Origin: a phage
Assembly: GCA_024854585.1 (NCBI GenBank)
Contig: GCA_024854585.1_4323.1
DNA: 45,809 nt
Direction: 5' to 3' (one strand)
Shown here: one piece after another, positions 16,607 through 23,907 of the stretch
Layout of the letters: every line of letters starts with the position of its first letter
How positions within the stretch are numbered: position 1 is the stretch's first letter
Notes under the pieces: model-generated
Seen by the model: only the letters and a program-made list of their open reading frames with translations
Told to the model about the DNA's origin: nothing
Database searches by the model: none
Made by a program: the position numbers and the translations under genes

Positions 16607-17143
16607 TTATACGGCATTGGTTAGGCAAAAATTGCTATTTCTAGCTTCTTCCGTGATTTTCGTGAAACCCCATAGACTTCTCAACCTCAAGCCTGAGCTT
16701 GACAGCTGTTTCATACAATCCCCATGATAAATGTATTTTACTTTCTGCTTTCCACATTTTTCAATCCTATAGCTAACACTAGCTATCCACTTCCCCTTAT
16801 TGTTCATATACACACCATGAACACCGGATTTGTTTTTAGAATTCAACTTCATATTTTTGTGATTATCTCTATTATTAACCACTCTGAGGTTTTCAATTCT
16901 GTCATCACCTGGAACTCCATTGATGTGATCAACCTGCATCCCATTAGGTATCTCTCCATTAAACATCTCCCAGACAACCCTATTCCTTGCGTGCTTTTTG
17001 TTGTTTATTGTTATATAACAATACCCATCAAACCTAACGCTACCAGCCTTATCTCCAGGGTAGTATTTTGTGACACCTCTACCACCTTCAATCGCCCAAT
17101 AAAGAAATCCGTCTTCATAATTAAAATAATAATGCCAATTCAT
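16607..17143 (-). CDS. HNH homing endonuclease with AP2-like domain
   Basis: HARNRVVWEM...DHINGVPGDDRIENLRVVNNRDNHKN then GVHGVYMNNKGKWIASV; 3-prime end runs through a degenerate motif copy. Confidence 0.75.
   Translation of the reverse strand: MNWHYYFNYEDGFLYWAIEGGRGVTKYYPGDKAGSVRFDGYCYITINNKKHARNRVVWEMFNGEIPNGMQVDHINGVPGDDRIENLRVVNNRDNHKNMKLNSKNKSGVHGVYMNNKGKWIASVSYRIEKCGKQKVKYIYHGDCMKQLSSSGLRLRSLWGFTKITEEARNSNFCLTNAV
16621..16640 (-). promoter_or_regulatory. Degenerate motif copy inside 3-prime end of HNH gene
   Basis: ttaggcaaaaattgctattt; followed by hairpin gccgcatttatacggc and CATAAT-like hexamer. Confidence 0.35.
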
Positions 17144-17196
17144 CTCTTTCTCCTCTCGTTTCTATAAAACAATAATAGCCGCTTTCGCGGCTACTG

Positions 17197-17216
17197 TTTT
17201 AACAAAAAGTGCTATT
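17197..17216 (-). promoter_or_regulatory. Variant motif copy (ttttaacaaaaagtgctatt)
   Basis: Upstream of HNH gene; spacer contains hairpin gccgctttcgcggc and TATTAT hexamer. Confidence 0.45.
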
Positions 17217-18345
17217 AGCTAAACATTTCGGGACGGCAAGTGAATCGACCAATCTCTCCGAATTTAGGGCTGTAGATGATTACCGACGCCTGGCGATAAG
17301 AGCGATAACCACCGTTGGCACTGTACGCATCCTTACAACCAAGCTGACCATGAGACTCATCAATACCTAAGTTACCCTCTGTAATCGTTTGATGGTGGTA
17401 ATGGCCCGAGTGAGTGTAAACATACTCAGACTCACCAAAAGCCTTACGATGGTCACGAGCAAGTGTTGATAGTCTGGTATCAGGCTTTTTCAGTTCGTGC
17501 CCATGACAGTAACCAAGCAGGGTCTTTCCAAACTGTGTTACGTGAAGCGCCGCAGGAGATGCATCAACATTAACTCGAGGCTCATCCATATAGAACGCCG
17601 CCATTGCAGCGCGAAGCCAAATCATACCTGAGAGGTCGTGGTTGCCAGGGATAATCTGCACCTCAACCTCGGCGTGCTTATCAAGCATCCGACTAATTGC
17701 TCGGCGGGTAGCTCGCACCGCTACGTAAACAAGCTTGTGATAACGGCTATCTTGATCAAGAATATGACGACTCGTTGGAGTTACCGCTTCCATTCCGTCA
17801 GAGTGAAGGAAGTCTCCACCAATCAGCAATACAGCTTTCTTTGAGTTAGGGGCTTTTGCTACCGCGTAATCAAAGTAATCATTAAGGATTCTCTCAGCAA
17901 TTTCAGTACTGTAGTTCTCACCACATTCAGCGTGGTGAGCCATAGCGCCAATGTGAAGGTCGAACACGGGGTAAAGGCTCAATGTGTCCTCAAATAATGA
18001 TACTCTGAGCGCCTTAGGTTTCTCACGTGGCAAATCATCAGTTAGTGCCTGAATTACTTGAAGCATCATCTCTTCCTGCTTCTCTTTATCAATGTCAGAC
18101 TTAACCCACTGCTGCTTAATCTCACCATCCGCACCAATAAGGCTAGAAACACCCTTAACTGCGTAACCCTGCGGAATCAGATTGCTAACGTCACGGCCAT
18201 GCCCTTCACCCTGCTTCGCTAATTTACTACGACGCAATTCAACATTGCGAATGTTCATTCCGTACTTCTCTGCGATTGCCTTATTGGTCATGCCATTTGC
18301 CAGTTCTTCGCGCAGTTCTTCGTTGGTAATTTTTGCAGTTGCCAT
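17215..18345 (-). CDS. Helix-turn-helix plus calcineurin-like metallophosphoesterase domain protein
   Basis: N-terminal MTNKAIAEKYGMNIRNVELRR (HTH-like); GGDFLHSDG and PGNHD motifs typical of metallophosphatases / SbcD-Mre11-like nucleases. Confidence 0.55.
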   Translation of the reverse strand: MATAKITNEELREELANGMTNKAIAEKYGMNIRNVELRRSKLAKQGEGHGRDVSNLIPQGYAVKGVSSLIGADGEIKQQWVKSDIDKEKQEEMMLQVIQALTDDLPREKPKALRVSLFEDTLSLYPVFDLHIGAMAHHAECGENYSTEIAERILNDYFDYAVAKAPNSKKAVLLIGGDFLHSDGMEAVTPTSRHILDQDSRYHKLVYVAVRATRRAISRMLDKHAEVEVQIIPGNHDLSGMIWLRAAMAAFYMDEPRVNVDASPAALHVTQFGKTLLGYCHGHELKKPDTRLSTLARDHRKAFGESEYVYTHSGHYHHQTITEGNLGIDESHGQLGCKDAYSANGGYRSYRQASVIIYSPKFGEIGRFTCRPEMFS

Positions 18346-18427
18346 TTATAAGTTCCTTAATTCATTACGATAAAGTATAAGATAGTAAAGCTAAACAGTG
18401 GGACTAATGCTACTAGTATCAGGCTCT

Positions 18428-18685
18428 TCATTCAACTTCTTTCAACCAGTATTCAATCAAATCAGCACTAATTGCTAATTTCTGATCAAGGTCAGTCATA
18501 CAAAGGTTTCCGCATGCTGGCGAATAGTAAATCTGAACCCACTTACCGTCTTTAGTTTTTGCGTTCACATCCACATAATCAGGAGGGAACCAGTCAGAAA
18601 TAGGTATAGCTCTAAACTTTGCACCACTTTTACCATATACTAAATCGTAATGCTCTGGCTGAAAATCTAAACCCAACATAATCAA
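18428..18685 (-). CDS. Hypothetical protein
   Basis: 85 aa ORF, overlaps neighbour by 4 nt. Confidence 0.45.
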   Translation of the reverse strand: MIMLGLDFQPEHYDLVYGKSGAKFRAIPISDWFPPDYVDVNAKTKDGKWVQIYYSPACGNLCMTDLDQKLAISADLIEYWLKEVE

Positions 18686-18930
18686 TCCTTAGGCTTCGTT
18701 ATCTTAAACTTGAATCCCTCAGATTTAAGGAACTCATTAACATCAATTCTGACACCCGGCTTAACTCTTACGTATTTTCTTGGTCGCTCATCCATGTAAG
18801 AGAATTTCCCATTGAACACGACGCTGATATCTTTTATGTCAAAGAAGCGGGATATCTGCTTAATATCATCCTGAATGCCAGCTTCTCCACAATGCGCCCA
18901 TACAGCGTCGCGTCCGGTTTCAACTATCAT
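18682..18930 (-). CDS. Hypothetical protein
   Basis: 82 aa ORF. Confidence 0.45.
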   Translation of the reverse strand: MIVETGRDAVWAHCGEAGIQDDIKQISRFFDIKDISVVFNGKFSYMDERPRKYVRVKPGVRIDVNEFLKSEGFKFKITKPKD

Positions 18931-19051
18931 AAGCCGTATGCCATTTTTATGTACTCTTTAGCAAGCATCCAGCAGTAATTGTCATTATCCCTAACTGCTT
19001 GTTTTGCATAAACCTGCGCGATCTCGAACATCTCTTTATCTACAATTTTCA

Positions 19052-19273
19052 TTATTGAAAATCCTCCGGGCAATCTTTCTTCATTTCTTCGATATCAGAA
19101 ACCATACGGTCACGCCATGTATCAATATCAGTATTCAGGTAGTCTTCTTCAAAGCTCATATCCAGGCAAAATGCTAAGTCCCACGGGTTTTTGTTATATC
19201 CAGATTTCTTTAGCTCCTCAACTGCCATTAACTTAAATACTTCCCATTGGTGCTCAAATTTAAAAATTGCCAT
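19052..19273 (-). CDS. Hypothetical protein
   Basis: 73 aa ORF. Confidence 0.45.
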   Translation of the reverse strand: MAIFKFEHQWEVFKLMAVEELKKSGYNKNPWDLAFCLDMSFEEDYLNTDIDTWRDRMVSDIEEMKKDCPEDFQ

Positions 19274-19467
19274 TATTCTGATACCTCGTCAAATTTTTCG
19301 CCAAATGCGTTTTTAACAGTTTCTAAATCATCTTTGTAAGTTGGGCTAACATCAAATGCGTAACCATCTCCATCGTCAAGAACATAACTATCAGGGGTGA
19401 TTACTAATTCATATTCGTAACCGGTTTTGCGTGATTCGTAGAATTTACCAGTGTAGATAGTAGCCAT
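19273..19467 (-). CDS. Hypothetical protein (track ORF 19273..19515 trimmed to ATG after GAAACGCAGAGAG leader)
   Basis: Motif plus TATTAT hexamer upstream. Confidence 0.45.
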   Translation of the reverse strand: MATIYTGKFYESRKTGYEYELVITPDSYVLDDGDGYAFDVSPTYKDDLETVKNAFGEKFDEVSE

Positions 19468-19529
19468 TTTGTTTATCTCTCTGCGTTTCGTTTCGATGTG
19501 GTGATAATACACCACCTCACCGATTAGTC

Positions 19530-19548
19530 TTTAGCAATTCGTGCTATT
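19530..19548 (-). promoter_or_regulatory. Palindromic promoter/operator motif copy
   Basis: tttagcaattcgtgctatt between 19551..19757 and 19273..19515. Confidence 0.55.
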
Positions 19549-19550
19549 AA

Positions 19551-19757
19551 TTAAAAAGTATTGTTACGAACACCCTTTACTAAAAATTCACAACAACTAC
19601 CAGCTGATAAGTTCCACGAATTCATAATTAATGTATACCTATATGCTGATTGAACAATTATTTCAGATACTCTTCGCCATTTCTTTTTTCCTGTATATCC
19701 ACTATATATATAATCACCAACTCGGATATCGATAGGTTTCAATTTCATTAATTTCAT
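19551..19757 (-). CDS. Hypothetical small basic protein
   Basis: 68 aa; own motif and leader upstream. Confidence 0.45.
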   Translation of the reverse strand: MKLMKLKPIDIRVGDYIYSGYTGKKKWRRVSEIIVQSAYRYTLIMNSWNLSAGSCCEFLVKGVRNNTF

Positions 19758-19820
19758 TTCTTTATCTCTCTATGTGTTTCGTTTCTATGAAGTAACTATA
19801 CAACATCTTTTAAAATCGAG

Positions 19821-19841
19821 TTTAGCAATTCGTGCTATTTA
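19821..19841 (-). promoter_or_regulatory. Palindromic promoter/operator motif copy
   Basis: tttagcaattcgtgctattta overlapping stop of 19835..20254; TATAGT hexamer and GAAACGAAACACATAGAGAG leader follow. Confidence 0.6.
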
Positions 19842-20254
19842 GAAATCATTTCTTTGAATGCTGCCAGAAAACCCTCGCGACCGTAAGCCACAGCGGAGAA
19901 ACCTCCTGATTCCCTTACACTTTTCAGGAATGACTTCTGCTCGTTACTGACTGGGCTGGCCTGTGTTTTTCCAGCTCTCTTTAGCTCTATTGCGCCAAAT
20001 GGATACCTTCCTCGCACGGATTCAGGTATCAAAAACATGCAGTCTGATACGCCCTTGAGCAAACCCTTTGACTGGTCTTTTCTTGCTTGACCAATGGTTT
20101 TCTTACCCTCATTCACACAGTGGAAAAATACCATCTCTGGATAGTTATACTTAACCCAATCAGAGCAAAAGATTTGTTCGTCATCCTCTTTCGGGCATGA
20201 CTTAACTGAACCTGGGTAAAACTCAATGTAATATTCTTTATCTGTTATGTTCAC
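19835..20254 (-). CDS. VRR-NUC-like (PD-(D/E)xK) nuclease
   Basis: 139 aa; ...GVSDCMFLIPE...FGAIELKRAGKTQASPVSNEQKSFLKSVRESGGFSAV matches VRR-NUC D...E.K plus SxxQ pattern. Confidence 0.5.
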   Translation of the reverse strand: MNITDKEYYIEFYPGSVKSCPKEDDEQIFCSDWVKYNYPEMVFFHCVNEGKKTIGQARKDQSKGLLKGVSDCMFLIPESVRGRYPFGAIELKRAGKTQASPVSNEQKSFLKSVRESGGFSAVAYGREGFLAAFKEMISK

Positions 20255-22245
20255 TTCAATTCTCCAAAATTCTTAAACGCGATCACGTCCTTTCCTTTGC
20301 CGTTTTTTCTGTGTGTTACTTGCACTGGCGCACGGAACTTATCTACGTTGGTCATGATCATTCTAGCATTCTTTAATCTTCCAATTCGTGCCGCTTCTGT
20401 TCGATTCTCAATATGAGCTAGGCAGAAGTTTTTCCATAGAACACTGCAAACTCGATGGTCAGACTCAGGGTTAAAGAATTCCCACGCGTTAAACCTCTCT
20501 CCGTTATGTGCCATGATGTTGTATTTAACTACTATTCCTGTTTGATTTTTACTCAATCCAATCTGGAAATCATAAACGCGCAAGTAATCTCCTCGACGAT
20601 ACATCTTACCGGTCAGATTAGCATTCGGGTCTTTAAGCATCTCACCGCACTCTCTGCAAACCTTTGCCGCTATGTCGTTACGAGCGCCACATCCCTTTTT
20701 AATTACCGATTTAGTTTGTGGGTCCGTAATGTCTTCGCAAGTTGTGAACTGAAAGAAGTGATCGCATCTAACACCATCAATCTTATTGCCACAGCGTCGA
20801 GCAAATGGTGAGTTCTCATATCCACATTGCGGGCACTGACGGGCCTCATCACCACCTTTCCTTGAGGACTTGAACTTCTCAGCCTGAATTTCTTCAATTA
20901 TTGGGTCAAAGTAAAGCTCGGCCATATCATCCAGCGCTCCGGCAAAGTCTAATACCAAGTGATCCTCCTTCTTGAACCCCGCATCTATGTGCGCCTTTTT
21001 TAGTTTTCGCATGCCACGACCAAGAAGCTGAATCATCAAAGTCAAACTGCCAATCTTGCGCAGTATAACGCTGGTATCCCACAATGGCTGGTTTACGCCC
21101 GTAGTTAGACAGCCAATCTGGAATATTATTTTGTACTTTCCAGTCTGGCAATCAGCTAGAATCTCTCTGCGCTTCCTCTCTCCCGTGGAGTCTGTGATGA
21201 TGGCGTATGGGTATCCGTCTGGGAGTGCCGCAGCAGCCTCATCACAATGGAGTTTGCCAGCACAGGTGACCAATGCGGCGTTGCGAGTCTCAAGTATTTT
21301 TACAACAAAACCCATTATCCTTTGAGTCATGGATTGGTTGTCGTGAATCTTTGCAGCCATTGCTTCCATTTCTTTTTTGCTAAAGTCTTTAACGCCATCG
21401 CTTCCGTCTGGCGCAAACTCTGCAAGGTCGTAACCCAAATCACCAACCTCTCCGTAAACGGTTGGAACAACGAATCCCAAATCAACAAGGTAATTTGTTG
21501 GTACTTGTATTACCGTTTTGCGCCAGAATCCACGGACATTTTGGTTACTAACGACAATGTGATCGTTGTTACGATATGGGCTACCAGTAAGGCCAAAAAT
21601 CCTAAGCTCGCGACCGTACTTCTCACGACAACGACGTTTCATCTCGGTAATGATTAGCGTGTACTGCGCGCGGCCAGTGCCAAGCAACCCGGTATTAACA
21701 CCATCCTTAAATACCATCTCACCTTTCTTTGTGCTCATTTGCTCAAATGTTTCTTCGTTCTCCTCGGCTTCAACGATATCCATAGCATCAAGCATGTGAC
21801 ACTCATCTATTGCGATAACTGCCGGAACATAGTCACCAAGCCCCTTAAACAAGCCGTTAGCCGCGGTACCTTCACTAGCGACTATGGTTGGGTAGTAAAC
21901 TGATTTAACGTTAAGGCCAGCGCAATAGACGCTGTTACGGATGCCGAAGTTGCGAAGCTCTTCTGAGTTCTGGCTGATTATCTCTGACTGGCGAGAGAGG
22001 ACCATATAAGGAAGACCAAGCTGCTCCATACGCTTTCCAATCATAGCGAGAATAATTGTCTTACCAGCAGACACGGAAAGGTCAGCGATAAATGGGGCCT
22101 CGTACTTTCCAATAGCCTTTCCGATTGCATCGAATGTTACGCACTGGAACTCGTAAGGGGTTATCTCGCCAAACTGATAATCTTTCTGAATCTGCTTGAT
22201 TCTTTCTTTATCGAAGTTTGCAACCAGCTTCTCGATAGGCAACAT
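20251..22245 (-). CDS. SF2 DNA helicase with embedded zinc-ribbon
   Basis: 664 aa; motif I SAGKT, motif II AIDECH (DEAH-like), CPQCG...RRCGNK zinc ribbon. Confidence 0.7.
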   Translation of the reverse strand: MLPIEKLVANFDKERIKQIQKDYQFGEITPYEFQCVTFDAIGKAIGKYEAPFIADLSVSAGKTIILAMIGKRMEQLGLPYMVLSRQSEIISQNSEELRNFGIRNSVYCAGLNVKSVYYPTIVASEGTAANGLFKGLGDYVPAVIAIDECHMLDAMDIVEAEENEETFEQMSTKKGEMVFKDGVNTGLLGTGRAQYTLIITEMKRRCREKYGRELRIFGLTGSPYRNNDHIVVSNQNVRGFWRKTVIQVPTNYLVDLGFVVPTVYGEVGDLGYDLAEFAPDGSDGVKDFSKKEMEAMAAKIHDNQSMTQRIMGFVVKILETRNAALVTCAGKLHCDEAAAALPDGYPYAIITDSTGERKRREILADCQTGKYKIIFQIGCLTTGVNQPLWDTSVILRKIGSLTLMIQLLGRGMRKLKKAHIDAGFKKEDHLVLDFAGALDDMAELYFDPIIEEIQAEKFKSSRKGGDEARQCPQCGYENSPFARRCGNKIDGVRCDHFFQFTTCEDITDPQTKSVIKKGCGARNDIAAKVCRECGEMLKDPNANLTGKMYRRGDYLRVYDFQIGLSKNQTGIVVKYNIMAHNGERFNAWEFFNPESDHRVCSVLWKNFCLAHIENRTEAARIGRLKNARMIMTNVDKFRAPVQVTHRKNGKGKDVIAFKNFGELK

Positions 22246-22315
22246 ATCTAAATTCCTATAAAAATTGTCTTGTAGCGTTTAATTGAGTACAATACTACCA
22301 TCAAATCGGAATGAC

Positions 22316-22335
22316 TTTTAACAAAAAATGCTATT
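22316..22335 (-). promoter_or_regulatory. Variant motif copy (ttttaacaaaaaatgctatt) in divergent region upstream of helicase
   Basis: Read from sequence. Confidence 0.4.
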
Positions 22336-22346
22336 GAGGTGATGAA

Positions 22347-22829
22347 ATGAATGCAGTTGACAAGCGAACCACTAACGGTAATAACGGAACTATCCGCACT
22401 GAAGACAAAAAACAACGTAAACGACCTTCAGGCTACTACGTTTTAAAAGATGAAGTAAGAGCCGGGCTACGCGCGCGGCTTGAGATGCTCCTTGATTTCT
22501 TCGTCACAAAGGCGAATATTGCAAAGCAGTTAAAGGTAACTCCGCAGGCTGTAGAAGAATGGTTTAAGCGTGGTATGATTTCTGCGCGCGGTGCTCAACT
22601 GTCGCACAACTACTACAAACGAAACGGAGAGGGTTTTCGTGCTACATTCTGCCGACCAGACCTGCAATTTGACGGTAACGGCAAGCCACTGACACTCCGG
22701 TGCAAAAAGCGTCACATGCTACGCGTGGTTACTGAGGCTGAGTTAGCCACCAAGCCAGAGTGTCGATCATGGCGCAAGATTAAGGCCGCTAACGAGGCAG
22801 CACGAAAAGCTAAAGAGCAAGGGAAATAG
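22347..22829 (+). CDS. Putative HTH DNA-binding protein
   Basis: 160 aa; KANIAKQLKVTPQAVEEWFKRGMIS resembles Cro/YdaS-type HTH; basic termini. Confidence 0.45.
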   Translation: MNAVDKRTTNGNNGTIRTEDKKQRKRPSGYYVLKDEVRAGLRARLEMLLDFFVTKANIAKQLKVTPQAVEEWFKRGMISARGAQLSHNYYKRNGEGFRATFCRPDLQFDGNGKPLTLRCKKRHMLRVVTEAELATKPECRSWRKIKAANEAARKAKEQGK

Positions 22830-22843
22830 CACGAATTGATAAA
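22824..22843 (+). promoter_or_regulatory. Motif copy in + orientation (aaatagcacgaattgataaa)
   Basis: Contains stop of 22347..22829; 20 nt then TATAGT; GGAGGT RBS before primase ATG. Confidence 0.55.
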
Positions 22844-22894
22844 CAGTGGCGCTATACATTGTGTATAGTGCCTTTATTGTTTATGGAGGTAACT

Positions 22895-23821
22895 ATGAGT
22901 CACCATGATAAGAACGAAGTGATAGCGAAAATGAAGGGAATGTGGGGCGAATTCTACTCATCGCACCTTGGGTGGACAAAGGAGAATCTCAGCAAGAAGC
23001 ATGGATCATGCCCGAATTGCGGAGGTCGTGATAGGTTTCGCTTCACTGATGAGCTAGGGCAAGAAAAAGGAAACGGAGCAGCAATATGTAACCAATGCGG
23101 CAATGATTCGGGTGTTGGTTGGGTTATGAAGTGCTCAGGAATGAGTTATAGCGAAACAATAGATACACTTGGTGATTGGCTGAATATCGTTCCAATAGAG
23201 GTTATATCAAAAGCAAACAAAAGAGCATCAAGAACTTCACCATATAAAATGGGCGCTCAGATTGACCACGAAAGATGCTTAGAGATAATGGAAAGGACGG
23301 AAAGAGTAGCATCAACTCCACTCAGTATATACGAGGGTATCTATAGTGAGTTTGGTTTTGATGTTGGCAGGGCAAAATCAGGCGAACTAATACACGCAGT
23401 GCCTTGTTTTATGGCCTATAGTGATGGTATATCAGAAGAAATGTGCAATGTAATGTTTATCAATGAAGAGGGAGATGTTAGTTATGCTGCAAAAGATTAT
23501 ACTCGCCAGTCTATTGCTGTTATTGGTTCCTTTAAAGATGATGAGTACGCTTATCTGGTCGATAATTTCATTGACGGCTATCGCGTTCACATTGCTACAG
23601 GTAACCGCTGTGTGCTTGTTTGCCACTCCAGTTACAACATGGAAATGGTTGCTTACGCGCTTAGAAACTACAAGTTACGCGTCGCTTGTACTCGCCACGC
23701 TTTTGATTTACTCGCCGTTGCTGACGATCGCGATCTTGATGTGGTAATGCCAAATGATGATAATTTTTTTAAGTCAGGAATAAGAAAACGAATATACAAA
23801 GCAAGTGAATTACTAGACTAA
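22895..23821 (+). CDS. DNA primase-like protein (zinc-binding N-terminus); track ORF starts 22859
   Basis: CPNCGGRDRFRF...CNQCGN zinc ribbon typical of phage primases; adjacent to helicase. Confidence 0.5.
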   Translation: MSHHDKNEVIAKMKGMWGEFYSSHLGWTKENLSKKHGSCPNCGGRDRFRFTDELGQEKGNGAAICNQCGNDSGVGWVMKCSGMSYSETIDTLGDWLNIVPIEVISKANKRASRTSPYKMGAQIDHERCLEIMERTERVASTPLSIYEGIYSEFGFDVGRAKSGELIHAVPCFMAYSDGISEEMCNVMFINEEGDVSYAAKDYTRQSIAVIGSFKDDEYAYLVDNFIDGYRVHIATGNRCVLVCHSSYNMEMVAYALRNYKLRVACTRHAFDLLAVADDRDLDVVMPNDDNFFKSGIRKRIYKASELLD

Positions 23822-23843
23822 CCTCCTTCGGGAGGTTTTTTAT
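23821..23843. terminator. Terminator hairpin acctccttcgggaggtttttt
   Basis: GC stem plus T run after primase. Confidence 0.6.
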
Positions 23844-23866
23844 ACCTGAAAGATGCTACAATCAAA

Positions 23867-23888
23867 CTTAGCAATTCGTGCTATTTTA
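23867..23888 (-). promoter_or_regulatory. Motif copy in minus-gene orientation with no minus-strand gene to drive (module-boundary remnant?)
   Basis: cttagcaattcgtgctatttta sits 20 nt upstream of tailspike ATG. Confidence 0.4.
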
Positions 23889-23907
23889 CAAATGGAGACT
23901 TTACGCA

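Noticed and set aside
22347-22829. HTH protein as a CI-like lysogeny repressor implying a temperate lifestyle
   Set aside because: No integrase, excisionase or attachment-site-like feature is seen anywhere in the window; the Rha-like and HTH proteins alone do not establish lysogeny.
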